From positions 2,854-66,853 of IMG/VR virus record IMGVR_UViG_3300015241_000149: a DNA stretch of 64,000 nt. One strand, given 5' to 3'. This stretch comes from a virus. How positions within the stretch are numbered: the first letter of the stretch is position 1; each line of letters begins with the position of its first letter. The notes under the pieces are model-generated. The model saw nothing but the letters and a program-made list of their open reading frames with translations. It was not told where the DNA came from and did no database searches. Both the position numbers and the translations under genes were made by a program. Shown here one piece after another: positions 10,702 to 21,400 of this stretch.

Positions 10702-11129
10702 GACGCCCTCCGCATCCGTGCCGCCGGGGGATCGTCGAGGTAGTCGGCCAACGCGCGCAGCTGGACGGCGGTGTAGCGGCCGAGCACTTCGCGGTTGCAG
10801 GCGCGGCACACCAGGCCCCGCACGCAGGCCCCGCACGACGTCGGCCCCGCGCAGCAGGCGTGATCATGATCGGTGTCAGGCATCCGGGTGGGCCGACGCC
10901 CGCAGGGGCAGTGCTCGCCCTGAAACGCCCACAGCGCGGCGTGCTGCGCGGCATCGACGTTGTATACGCGCTTGACCCGTACCAGCGCCGTACGCGCCTT
11001 CTGAGCCTTGCGGTGTACCCGCCAGTGCGTGGCGCAGCGCCGCGAGCGTGGACCACCATGCGGGGCCGCGCGGGGTGCACGCGGCGGGTCTGAGGACGCG
11101 GCGCAGTCCACGCAGATGTGCCTAGCCAT
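10698..11129 (-). CDS. Endonuclease VII-like Holliday junction resolvase
   Basis: FQGEHCPCG...DHDHACC...VRGLVCRACN...LG...ADYL. Confidence 0.9.
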   Translation of the reverse strand: MARHICVDCAASSDPPRAPRAAPHGGPRSRRCATHWRVHRKAQKARTALVRVKRVYNVDAAQHAALWAFQGEHCPCGRRPTRMPDTDHDHACCAGPTSCGACVRGLVCRACNREVLGRYTAVQLRALADYLDDPPAARMRRAS

Positions 11130-11403
11130 CCCAGACCCCCGCCCTGTCGTAACGACCCCGTACCGCACGCGGGTCGCCAGCGCGCGCCGCGCGCGCAAAC
11201 GCCTGCTCCCATGCCTTGTAATTCATGTCCAGGCGCAGGTGGAACGCCTTGAACGGGACGATCCCCCGGAAGTGGTCCCACTCGTACATGAGCTCATCGC
11301 GGCTGTAACGGCCACCGGTCCGATTGGGCCTGTCCACATCTGGGGACGGCTCTGTGGATGCGTAGCGGGCGGCCCACTCACGCATCATCTCGGTGGTACT
11401 CAT
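11122..11403 (-). CDS. hypothetical protein
   Basis: 93-aa ORF overlapping both neighbours. Confidence 0.65.
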   Translation of the reverse strand: MSTTEMMREWAARYASTEPSPDVDRPNRTGGRYSRDELMYEWDHFRGIVPFKAFHLRLDMNYKAWEQAFARAARAGDPRAVRGRYDRAGVWDG

Positions 11404-13022
11404 CCGAGTACCCGTGTCGCCAGGGCGATGCTGATCTCATCGCTCAGCCTCGCCTTGTTCATGGTCTCCGGCGCGGGGACGCCCAACCTGGCCGCGTAAC
11501 TGACCTGCGCGTCCGAAGCCACCTTGCTGCCCCTGCGCCAGCCCGATGCTCGCGTAGTGACCCCGGAATCGAACGCAATCGCCCAGGACTCGGCGATCTC
11601 GCGGGCGGCGTGCAGTCCCATCGCCGGCCCGAGGGCGACCCCGTCGCGCCCGACGTAGACCCCGCCGGAGTAGCCCTTCACGCTGCAATGGCCGGGCCGG
11701 TACTCATCCCCGACCGGCAACAGCGCCGCCATCCGCTCTCCGGCCGGCAGGAATCGAATCCCGGACCGGGTGAACAGCCAGTTGAGTGCCGAGGTGGCGA
11801 ACAGGTCCAGGTCTTCGTAGTCGGCGGGCCCGAGCAACCTGGCACGGCCACCGTCGGGGTCACGCTGTGCCGGGAGGCAGGCACACGGAGCGACCTGGCA
11901 GCGCTCGCAGGGCAGTGCGTCGAGCTCATCGGTGTCGTACTCGGCGCTACTGTGCAGGTCGGTCAGGGTGACCAGACGTTGGTGACGAGACGCCCCCACC
12001 ACATCGAGCACCAGGCAGTCCCGCTTGCCGGGGCTGGTCCGCAGCCCGCGCCCAACGATCTGGGTGTACAGGCCGGCCAGGCGGGTCGGGCGCGCCATCA
12101 AGATGCAGGACACCGGGGGGCAGTCGAAACCCTCCGTCGTCACCATGACAGACACCAGGACCCGGGTACGCCCGGCCGCGAGGCGGGCGTAAGTCTCCCG
12201 ACGTTGTGCCAGGGACGTGGTACCCAGCACCGCCTCGCAAGGCACACCGGCGGATTCGAATTCCAGGGCGAGCGCCTCGGCACTGGCCACGTTGGGGGTG
12301 AACGCGATGGTGATCCGGTCGGATGCGTGGTCCCACCATGCCTTGACGATCTGGTCGACGTCTTGACTGACCATCCCCCCGAGCTCGTTGTCCTGGTAAT
12401 CACCTTTGCTGATCTTGGCGCGTTCCAGGTCCAGGTGATCAACCACCACCGCGCGCCCGCGCGGCCGGACCAGCCATCCCGCGTCGACCGCCCAGCTGAT
12501 GGAGCGTTCGTACACCACTTCCTGCCATACATCGCCCAGGCCGCGCCGGTCACCCCGGACCATGGTGGCGGTGACCCCCATCGTCGGGGTGTGATCGAAA
12601 CTGCCGGCCCAACGCAGGATGGCCATCTGGGACGGGCTGGCCGCGTGATGTGCCTCATCAACGATCACCACGTCGGGTCGGGACAGCTTGGAGCGCCGCC
12701 GCTCGCTGGCCAGGGTGGGCGCCATCGCCACCGTGATCGGACGCCGGGCCTGGTTGCGCTCGGCCTGCACTCGACCCACCGCGATACCCGGCGCATGCAT
12801 GGTGCAGCGCTGGGTGATCTGGTCGAGCAGCTCGCCCCGGTGCGCCACCACGAGAGTCCGTTTTCCGGCCGACGCCGCGTCGGTGGCGATACGGGCGATG
12901 ATGTCGGTCTTGCCGGTCCCGGTCGGCAACACGATGCCGACCCGCAACATGCCTTCGCCCCAGGCGGACTCGACCGCGTCGACAGCTTCGGCCTGATAAT
13001 CGCGTAGCTCGCGTACCCTCAC
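11400..13022 (-). CDS. SF2 DEAH-box helicase
   Basis: LRDYQ, PTGTGKT, DEAHH, TAT, TEGFD, QIVGRGLR. Confidence 0.95.
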   Translation of the reverse strand: MRVRELRDYQAEAVDAVESAWGEGMLRVGIVLPTGTGKTDIIARIATDAASAGKRTLVVAHRGELLDQITQRCTMHAPGIAVGRVQAERNQARRPITVAMAPTLASERRRSKLSRPDVVIVDEAHHAASPSQMAILRWAGSFDHTPTMGVTATMVRGDRRGLGDVWQEVVYERSISWAVDAGWLVRPRGRAVVVDHLDLERAKISKGDYQDNELGGMVSQDVDQIVKAWWDHASDRITIAFTPNVASAEALALEFESAGVPCEAVLGTTSLAQRRETYARLAAGRTRVLVSVMVTTEGFDCPPVSCILMARPTRLAGLYTQIVGRGLRTSPGKRDCLVLDVVGASRHQRLVTLTDLHSSAEYDTDELDALPCERCQVAPCACLPAQRDPDGGRARLLGPADYEDLDLFATSALNWLFTRSGIRFLPAGERMAALLPVGDEYRPGHCSVKGYSGGVYVGRDGVALGPAMGLHAAREIAESWAIAFDSGVTTRASGWRRGSKVASDAQVSYAARLGVPAPETMNKARLSDEISIALATRVLG

Positions 13023-14107
13023 CCCGCCACCGCCGCCAGTTCCGCGAGCCGAGCGCGCACCATCCGGGTGGCGTCGTCGGTCCAGTTGTCCTGGTTGGTC
13101 CGCCAGAGCGCATCCAGCGCGGCCTCATCCGGTGCATTGCGCAGTGCCGCCATCAGGTTCAGCGAGGACACCGGTGCCGGCGACGATGCCAGGTCCGTCG
13201 GCCAGAACAGGTCTTGTCGCGCTGCCTGCCCGCGTACCAGATTGGCGAATTTGGCCAGCTCAAAGCCGTTGTACAGATCTACCCAGTGAAACCCCGAGTC
13301 AGCGGGACTCTCCAGCGGCACGTGCAGGATCAGTGCCCACTCCTGGCTCGGGGCGATCCCGTCCGGCCAAGTACCACGTCCACCGGCGTGGGTGTAGGGC
13401 ACGCCGAAGCCGTAGACGGCCTGTTGACAGGCATACGTCGGCCCGAAATAGCGGGAGTCCTTGTTCGTCTTGAGATCCAAGATCAGTCGCGTACCGGCCG
13501 GCAGGGTCTTGACCTGTTCAACGCCCTGGAGATCGGTGTAGCGCACGATGGTGTCTCGGGGCAGTTCCACGAGTCGATCGAACGTGCCAGCGGCATCCAG
13601 GGGGTCACACACCACGAACGTCTCTGACGCGACAACACGCACCCTGGCCATCAGCGCGCGGTAGGCGGACAGCGCATCGCGCACGTCATGCGGCAGGTAG
13701 GCCAAGTCTTCGCCCGCGTCAACTCGCTCGGACAACACGTGCAGCGCGGTGCCCTTGGTGGCACCGGCGGTGGCCTTCGCCGCCTCCAGGGCTTCCTCCG
13801 CGACGGCGGAGAGTGCCTTCTTGTCCGCCTCCTCGATGACGCCCCGGATGGTGGCGGCCTTCATCACAAGATCATGGCGTCGGGACAGGCCATGGACGAT
13901 CATCCGCTGTTTCCACACCTGGATGCCGTAGTCCGATTCCAGGGCCTTGCCCAGTGTGCTGGCGCGGGTATAGGTGACGTACCGGGTGCGGGATTCGCGT
14001 CCCTCGATCAACTCCCGGATCTTCGGACGACCACCGGGCCCGCGCGGGATTTCGTCGGGCACCTCTTCCGCCATCGTGCTCGGCTTGGCGGCCTTCTGTA
14101 GGGCCAT
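13019..14107 (-). CDS. PD-(D/E)XK (Cas4/RecE-like) exonuclease
   Basis: GTALH, AGTFDRL, ILDLKT, QQAVY; GAAAGG RBS before ATG at 14107. Confidence 0.85.
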   Translation of the reverse strand: MALQKAAKPSTMAEEVPDEIPRGPGGRPKIRELIEGRESRTRYVTYTRASTLGKALESDYGIQVWKQRMIVHGLSRRHDLVMKAATIRGVIEEADKKALSAVAEEALEAAKATAGATKGTALHVLSERVDAGEDLAYLPHDVRDALSAYRALMARVRVVASETFVVCDPLDAAGTFDRLVELPRDTIVRYTDLQGVEQVKTLPAGTRLILDLKTNKDSRYFGPTYACQQAVYGFGVPYTHAGGRGTWPDGIAPSQEWALILHVPLESPADSGFHWVDLYNGFELAKFANLVRGQAARQDLFWPTDLASSPAPVSSLNLMAALRNAPDEAALDALWRTNQDNWTDDATRMVRARLAELAAVAG

Positions 14108-14131
14108 GGGTTTAACCTTTCGGTGTGTGAG

Positions 14132-14171
14132 AAAAAGGGGTACGGCGGCCCGGTTCGCACCCGGGCCGCCG
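14132..14171 (-). terminator. intrinsic terminator-like hairpin
   Basis: CGGCGGCCCGG/CCGGGCCGCCG followed by a U-run on the - strand. Confidence 0.55.
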
Positions 14172-14192
14172 CTACTGAGACATTCGGCCCAG

Positions 14193-14675
14193 TCACCAGG
14201 GCCGAGCGCCACCCCCCGCGCTCACCGGAGCCTGCTCGGGCGCGTTCCATGCGGCACCGTCGCGATAGACCAGTTCCACCGCCGCCATTTCCGCGTCACT
14301 GGGCTCGTCACCAACCGCTCCGGCATTGGGCTTGCCGGCGTTGAGCACCTTTACCCTGGCCACGATCTCATCGCCGACCTTGGTCACCGGCGGCTGCGGC
14401 TGCTCGCCCTTGGCCGCTCGGGGGTTGCGGACCCCACGCAGGATCGCGGTGATCGCGCCGATGAACCTTTCCTCCAGGTGTACCTCCCCGGTGGCCGCGC
14501 CGGAGCAGATCAGAACGTCGGCGATGACCGGCAGGTTGACTCCGTCAAATCCGGTCGCCTTCTCTGGCGCGTGAAACTCCTTGATCCGGAACACCAGGAG
14601 AACCGGGCCGTCGACGGCCAGTTCTTTCAGGTCCAGGAAACCGCCGGAGGTCTTGATTGCCTTCTGTAGTGCCAT
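14193..14675 (-). CDS. putative ssDNA-binding protein
   Basis: Position next to exonuclease/helicase, beta-rich core, flexible tail ending in PW. Confidence 0.5.
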   Translation of the reverse strand: MALQKAIKTSGGFLDLKELAVDGPVLLVFRIKEFHAPEKATGFDGVNLPVIADVLICSGAATGEVHLEERFIGAITAILRGVRNPRAAKGEQPQPPVTKVGDEIVARVKVLNAGKPNAGAVGDEPSDAEMAAVELVYRDGAAWNAPEQAPVSAGGGARPW

Positions 14676-14790
14676 TCCCATCTCTCTTCTCTTCTAGGTG
14701 GGTCATTGACCCGATCTGACACGCTGATCTCAGCGTGGGTCCTTTATCGGCACACCGTGCCGCGTCCAGTCCTTGGACACCCCTTCGGGG

Positions 14791-16399
14791 CTAGTCAACG
14801 TCGTGTCCCGCCTCTCGAAGCCGGTCCTCAAAGTTGGCCAGGTCGTGAAGGTCATCCAGGCTGAAGAACCGGAGAAGCCACGCCGCCAAGGAATCGTCAT
14901 CGTCGGGGTCCACGTGGGGTGCCGGCTGTTCGGGGTTAGTCATGCTGTTCACCCCGGATCACACGCGCGGCAATCCAGGCAGCCCGGTTGGTTGTCGGCA
15001 TGGCGCGCAGGACACGCTCGGCAAGGTGATTAGCGGGATCGCACATGGGACAGGGCAGTCCGGTACTGACCACCTTCGTTCCGCCGCAGTACTCGCACAC
15101 AGAGGATTGCTCCTCTTCAGCTGACTGCCACGACGCGAACACCTGGATGGCCGTTGAGCACGTGGGACAGGTCAGCTGGGCGAGCTGTACCGGGGGAGTT
15201 GGAATGTTGGGGCTAATCAAGGCTGCTCACCCCCAGCCCGTCAGCGGTCCAGACCCGCGTCATCCGACCTCGGTGCACCGGGCACAGATCCAGCGAGTCG
15301 GTCTTGTGCAGCGCCTGAAACTCCCAACCCATCGCATCGGCCATGGCGCGCAGCTCGGGCGTGGTCATCCGCCAAGTCGCGTGGCTGCCCATCACCGCCG
15401 GGCAGTGCGGATAGTCGCAGGTGATCTCGGAGGTGTAGGTGACGATGGTGGCACTCATCCGGGAGGCTCCTCTGATACCGCGATTGCCCAGTACTGCACC
15501 GGGTGCGCGCGGGCTAGGGTCATGAGCACGTGAGGGCACGGGGCGTCGGGGATCTGGCGGTTCCGGTAGCGGTTGTTGAATGCCGCCGAGCAGGACTTGT
15601 CGCAGAATCGACGCTGGCGGTAGTTGGTCAGCTGCTCGCCCGGCCGACGCTCCAGGGGGGCCAGGCACTGCGCGCAGATCTTCACCGGGTCTCACCGCGC
15701 TGGTCCTTGTGGCCGGGACACCAGTCCAAGATTTTGCCGGCGAGGTTTCCGTGGTGGGCCCATCCCCAACCCATCTCGATGGCGTACTCCCGCAGGTACG
15801 AGACGTTTAAGTCTTCATGGGTGTCGAGGACGGTGTTCAGGTGGTGTTCACAGCTGGGCGCATCGCAATACAGGGTGACGTTGACGCCTACCAGATTCCG
15901 GGTGCAACGGATCACCGGGTCTCACCCCGCTCGAACAACGCGATGCACTTCTGGAGCACCGTCCGGAGCGGGACGCCACAGTTCGGGCAGTTGATCTCCG
16001 CCTTAGTTGTTGCCTTGGCCAGTTCCGCCCGAGCCGCATCCCGCTGGGCCACCGCCGCACCCCACTCCTTCCTCAGCGCTATGACGGCGTCCGTGAGCCT
16101 CAAGATGGTCTGAGCGTCTTCCACGGTGGTCATGCCGCCCTCCTACGCCCACGAGCTCGCCCGGCCCGCACATGGCCACTGCGCGGGCGTTCGATGGAGA
16201 TGGGCACCCGTTCGGCGTCGCGCTTCTCGATGATCACCGCGAGCACGCCCACCATGAAGTCCATGCCGGTGGCCAGGGCGTAGCCGTGCGCGCAGTCCAC
16301 GCAAAGCTTCTGCCAGTCGTCCATCGAGAACAGCTGGGCGGTCGATCCGCACCGGTGGCACGGGCTGTCGAACGCGATCATCGCTTGGCCTCCTCCCAT
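14791..16399 (-). CDS. run of small, mostly Cys-rich hypothetical genes (14791-14943, 14936-15220, 15213-15458, 15455-15685, 15682-15915, 15912-16133, 16130-16381)
   Basis: 4-8 nt overlaps; CxxC motifs in most. Confidence 0.6.
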
Positions 16400-16587
16400 G
16401 TCATGGCCTTCCCGAGTACGACCTGCAACCGGTGCTCGGCCACGTACTCCTCAAGAACCTTAAGAAACAGATCCGACAGGCTCACTCCGTAGGCTTTGGC
16501 GACGGCGGCCGCGTCGGTCCACACGGCGGCCTTGCCCACCGGCACATAGATCGTCTTCTTCACGGTGTCCTTGCCGATGCCGGGCAT
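16378..16587 (-). CDS. ribbon-helix-helix DNA-binding protein
   Basis: KKTIYVP...AVAKAYGVSLSDLFLKVLEEYV. Confidence 0.65.
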   Translation of the reverse strand: MPGIGKDTVKKTIYVPVGKAAVWTDAAAVAKAYGVSLSDLFLKVLEEYVAEHRLQVVLGKAMTWEEAKR

Positions 16588-17069
16588 CAGAGGGTCCGCC
16601 GGTACGGGGTCGGGGGCTTGGGCTGGACAGGTGGGTCCAGGGCCGCCGCGATCTGGTGGGGTACGGCCTGCATGTCCGCTTCGAGCCTTCCCAGCCGACG
16701 CGACAGCGTAGAGATCTCGGCGTCGGCGTGCGCCCACCGGGCTTCGATGGAGACGATCCGTCGGGTGTAGAGCACGCCGGCGTGATAGGACAGCGACCGC
16801 AGCTCCATGATTTTGCCGCGCAGCCGAAGTAGCTCCCACCAGGTCAGCAGTACCCCCGACCAGATGACGCTACTGATCAGGTTTTTTAGGTCTCCGTACA
16901 CGAACCACAGACCGATCGAAAAGACGAGATAGGCCAGGGCGAGGGCCAGCAGGAACTTGTACGGGATCCTGATCAGGTAGTAGCTCAGGGCTCCGAGCAG
17001 GCCGTTGAGTCCGTCGCGGATGTCGTGGAGTAGGCGGTTGCAGCGCTGACGCAAGTGGTTGGGGATCAT
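16587..17069 (-). CDS. membrane protein (2 TM) with coiled-coil tail
   Basis: Two hydrophobic segments. Confidence 0.65.
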   Translation of the reverse strand: MIPNHLRQRCNRLLHDIRDGLNGLLGALSYYLIRIPYKFLLALALAYLVFSIGLWFVYGDLKNLISSVIWSGVLLTWWELLRLRGKIMELRSLSYHAGVLYTRRIVSIEARWAHADAEISTLSRRLGRLEADMQAVPHQIAAALDPPVQPKPPTPYRRTL

Positions 17070-17144
17070 GATGTCAGCGCCTGGTGTTCAGGACGGCGCG
17101 CACCGAGCGGGTGAACTCAGCGGCGAACTCCTGGAAGAATTTGA

Positions 17145-17646
17145 TCATGCGTCTCCTTCGGGTGGGGGAGCGTCCGCCGTAGTAGCTATGACGTCCCGGG
17201 TGGGGTTGGGGTTGCTCGGGGGTCCGACGTCGTGACAGCGGCACACGCACCGGGCATCGCAGAACTTGCAGCGCGCGGGCCGTTTGGCGCCTTGCTGGCC
17301 TGTCATGGCGGCGCAGTAGGGGTGGTAGTTGTGCAGGCAGGCGGTGGACAGGTAGACGTGTGTGTCCCTCATCGCCGAACCTCCGCATCAATCACTGCAA
17401 CTGCCTGAGAATCGCTTCGGCGAACCCGCACAAGAACACTTTCTCTCGAGGGCCAACGTTCTCTCGCAGTAGGCCGGACTCCAGCAGGCGGTCTAAAGGG
17501 ATGAATCGATCACCGGGGCCGATAAACCACAGGTGTTCCTGGTTGTCGGAGTTCCACCAGGACTTGCGGTTGATGGGTTTGTCCCCGGGTCCAATTGGTG
17601 GGAGTGAGGGCGTTGTCAGCCAGTCCTTTTCGAGGTTATCCATCAT
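17145..17646 (-). CDS. two small hypothetical genes (17145-17372 Cys/His-rich, 17392-17646)
   Basis: YLSTACLH..H.YC...CKFC..RCVC.CH. Confidence 0.55.
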
Positions 17647-17649
17647 GCT

Positions 17650-17904
17650 TTAGTCCCACACCCTCCCGTTGATCCATTTGTCGCCCCGCTGTCGGGCTGC
17701 GTACAGCCGAGCGTTCCCGTCCACTACCCTGCCGCGCCGGATGTGGATCGGATCGTCCTCGTGGCCCTTGATCGGGTTGCGGTGCTTGTCCGGGGTGTGC
17801 CCGTGGGAGAGGCTGTCGACCCGCAGCTTGCGTACCGGCGGCGCATTGTCGGGCATCCGGTACTCGGGATTGTTCGCCGCGCCCCAGTAGAAGAAGGCCA
17901 TCAC
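17650..17904 (-). CDS. minimal ParB/Srx-fold protein
   Basis: DPIHI...VVDGNARLYAARQRG. Confidence 0.65.
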   Translation of the reverse strand: MMAFFYWGAANNPEYRMPDNAPPVRKLRVDSLSHGHTPDKHRNPIKGHEDDPIHIRRGRVVDGNARLYAARQRGDKWINGRVWD

Positions 17905-18410
17905 GCTTTCTCCTGCCCACTCAGCTCCGCGCCGATCCGCTCAATCTCCGACCGGCGCGCGTGCACCATCCGACGTGCGATCGCGTGGGCGGCGGCGGAA
18001 TCCACGTTCGGGCCGTACGACGCGATGCGGGCGGCGTCGCCCTTGGTGGTGGGCTTGTTCTCTCCGTAGATCATGTTCGTCGCCTGTGTGCCGGCCGCCG
18101 CGACGATGCAGTCATCCAGTGGCGTGCGGGCGGGGCGGTGGTAGGTGAAGCCGGACCAGTCGTGATCATGGCTGCCTCGGTCAAGCACAGCGCGTACCCC
18201 GCCGATATTCAGGTCCCGAGCCACTACGACGTGGCCTCCCTCGTGGATGGCGGTGTGGTGCTTGGTGCCGAAATCTGACCGGTACGCCGCCCGTGACTGG
18301 CCCTTGAACCACAGGATGGTCACCACGAGCACGCACACCACGGCGAGGGTCTTGCCCGGCGCGAGGAGAAATGAGATCAGGAAGGCTCCGGCGAGCAGGG
18401 TGGCGGGCAT
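17901..18410 (-). CDS. membrane-anchored HExxH metallopeptidase (M50/M41-like)
   Basis: Two N-terminal TM helices, TAIHEGGHVVVA, AAAG, GD motif. Confidence 0.75.
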   Translation of the reverse strand: MPATLLAGAFLISFLLAPGKTLAVVCVLVVTILWFKGQSRAAYRSDFGTKHHTAIHEGGHVVVARDLNIGGVRAVLDRGSHDHDWSGFTYHRPARTPLDDCIVAAAGTQATNMIYGENKPTTKGDAARIASYGPNVDSAAAHAIARRMVHARRSEIERIGAELSGQEKA

Positions 18411-18412
18411 GG

Positions 18413-21400
18413 TCAGTCGTCCTGTTCGTTGTGTAAGGGGTTGCAGATTCGGCATTCAGCCCACCACTCGTCATCCGTGACAGCCCTGATCATGAGCTGG
18501 CTCGGGCCCAACGACGGCCGGGGTCGCACGAACACCAGCGCACCGCGCGCGGATGCCCCTTCGATGTGGGCCGACCGCACGTGTATGCCTTCATCGTCGT
18601 CATAGCTCCGGTACATCTTGATCATGTTCGGCTCAATCAAGATGACTTCCCACTCGGTTTCGCCCTCACCCCTGATCTGGACGATGTCACCGACTTTGAT
18701 CTCCCGCTGCATGTCAGTCGTCCTGTTCGAAATGCAAGAGGTTGCAACATTGCGCCCATTCATCATCTGTAAGGAATCTGCCCAGTGTGTCGCGGCCATC
18801 GTGACCCAACCCCTTACACATGCCTTCCGCGTAGGCCCGATTCATCTCGTCTCGGATCTTCATGGCGCGGTCGATGCGCCGCCGTGTCCACCAGTCAGGC
18901 TCGAACCAGCGAGGTTTCCCTACCCACTTCCAAGCCTGGTCGACGCTGATGTATTCGAGTGACGCACACTTTCGGCAGGGTGTCACCCTCGTTCCTCCCC
19001 AGCCTTGATTCGGAATGCGCAGCGCCGGGTCCGCGAGAACTCTGTGACCATGCTGGCTATCGCTGCCCAGTCCGCGTTGTCCAGCGCGCGCGGATCGTTG
19101 GGGCCGAGCAGTTGGCCTATCACGTAGGTGGCCACTTCCCCGGTGGTGTTCTTGACGCGGATGTTGATGCCGAGGCTCTCGTCCGGGCTGTAGTGGGGCC
19201 AGTCGCCCGATTTCTTAGTCATCCTCGCTCACCTGCCCCATCTCGGTCCACACGAAATACGGAGTTGGACCGGATGCGTTCACCGACAGCACCCACTTCT
19301 TCCCGCATGGGCAACGCCACGTCCCCGAGCTTTTCAGGTTAATCTCTATGGGCGGTTCACACTGCCGCCACGGATGAGCCGCCGCGCCCTGCCATGGCCT
19401 ATCTACTGCTGTGACCAAATCGTCCAGCAAATCGACAGCTATGGCCAAGTCATCCAGCAAATCGGGCAGTTCTACCTTGGCGGCCCTTTCAATGCGAATG
19501 AGTTGGGCATCGTCAAGCCCACGCCAATGCTTCACCACTTCGGTCGCGGCCTTCTCTATCCGACCGCGCCGGTCGTACTCCGTCATGACCAGCCAGATGT
19601 CCCGCGTATCTGTCTCACCGCTCACGGGTTTTGAGAGCTCCGACATCTCGCTTCGCAGGAACCGCTCGGCCTCTGCCAGTTCGTCGCTCACGGCTCAGCC
19701 CTTTCAATATCAGGAAGTTGCCTATTCCGCATCCGGCACCACTTCCAGACGGGGGGCCGATCGACCGGCCGGGCCATAGCGAGCCACCAGACGCCGCACA
19801 TCGGGCAGTCCCAGCGGCGGTCGCTGTAGCTGCTGTTCTCGCGGATCGTGCCGACGTCCGGCGGCTGGCAGATGTGAGGCTGATCCCCGGGAGTCTCGCC
19901 AGCAGCCAGCAGGGCACGGACCTTCTCGTCCCATATTCGTCCTGGAAGGTCCTGGCTCAGCATTTCGGTCAGCGCGGCGGTGAGCTTCTCGACCCGTACC
20001 GGCGCCTGGTCGTGATGGGTGACGAGCGCGCGCAGGGAAGCGTCCTTTGACTCCAGGATGGCGGTGAGTTCCTCGACCCGGGCCTGGAGTTCGACCTTCT
20101 CGCTCTGCCGCAGCTCGACCACCGCGCGGGCTTCGACGTAGCTACTCTCGGCGCGCTCCAACGTTGCCTCCAGCTCCACGACCCGGGCCTGGCGTTCGAC
20201 GCCCGTGGCGCGCAAGCGTTGGTTCAATAACGCCACGCGGAGGTGCCTCTCAGCTTGGGCCTGGAGCGCATCCCGACTGGCCAGCACCCCCGCCACCGCA
20301 TCGACATCACGGCGCCACCGATTGCGCTGAGGCTCGTCCAGGTCGTCCCAGGTGACGTCGCTGCCGTATGCAGCCGGTTGGTGGGCCTTGAACACAGCTT
20401 GGGCAGCGTGGTCCCGAAGCTCAGCCGGCAGGTCAGTCATCGAGCTCTCCCCGCGTCTGACCGGATCGACCTGAACGACTCCAGGGCTCTGCGCCAGCAT
20501 CCGTAGTGATAAACGTTGCCGCTCTGGACCCGAACTGCGTCGTCATCCAAGTCAGTGATCGGAGTGGAACAACCGGGACAGACCTCGGCCGGCAAGTCAG
20601 GCATCGGGCTTCCCCTCTGCTCGGTGATCACTCATCGCTGTCTGTCTCAATTCCGTCGCCTTCTCAAGGCACTCACGCGCCGCGTCCAGGCGCCGCTCCG
20701 CCAAATCGGTGCACCGCCCATACCGGGCCGCCGCCGCCGTGTGGCTCTTGGCATCTGACTCTAAACTCCGCGCGCGCAGCTCGTTGTCCTCAGACTTACT
20801 CATCGCCGCGCCTCCAACCTGTCCGCCTTGCGGTTGCAAATCCCAGCGGCCCACTCGCATTCATCCCGGGTGTAACGGTCCACTCCAATGTGGGCACTCG
20901 CGGCCGCCTGTAGGAACTCATCTCGCAGCTCCCGCAGGATTGCTACCTGGGCTCGGACCACTAGATCCGCGTCATTCATCCGTAGAAGCCGTTCTCGTCC
21001 CGGATCTTGCGCTCGATACCCAGCTCATCCAACCTGCGCACGAATTCGCCCATCCGCGCCCCCTCAATGCGGTGCACGCGTTCCTTGCCGTTGGTGGTGA
21101 CGTACCAGATGTGGATGTCGTCGTAGGAGTCGCCTGGGGTGTACTCGCTGTAGCCCGCCGACCACCCACTGTTCTGCTGCACGCTCTTGACCCTCTCGAC
21201 CGGGCCAACGGTGGTGTGCTGCTCAAGGTACTGCTTCACCACGTCTAGCCAGGTGTAATCACCGCCATGCCCATCACTCTTCGCTCCCGCTCCTAGCCGT
21301 ACGTCACTCATCGTCGGCCTCCAACCTAGCTAGTTCTGCTTCGATGACCGAGATCATGTAACAGTCGGACATGTGCGGCTCGTCGGCCGGTGTACCGCAG

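Noticed and set aside
13019-14107. Cas4-like nuclease as a CRISPR component
   Set aside because: Stand-alone phage recombination exonuclease in the replication module; no array.
20798-21327. GCCTCCAACCT repeated at 20810 and 21317
   Set aside because: Only 11 nt, mostly SD sequence, and spans more than one gene; too weak to count with the junction repeats.
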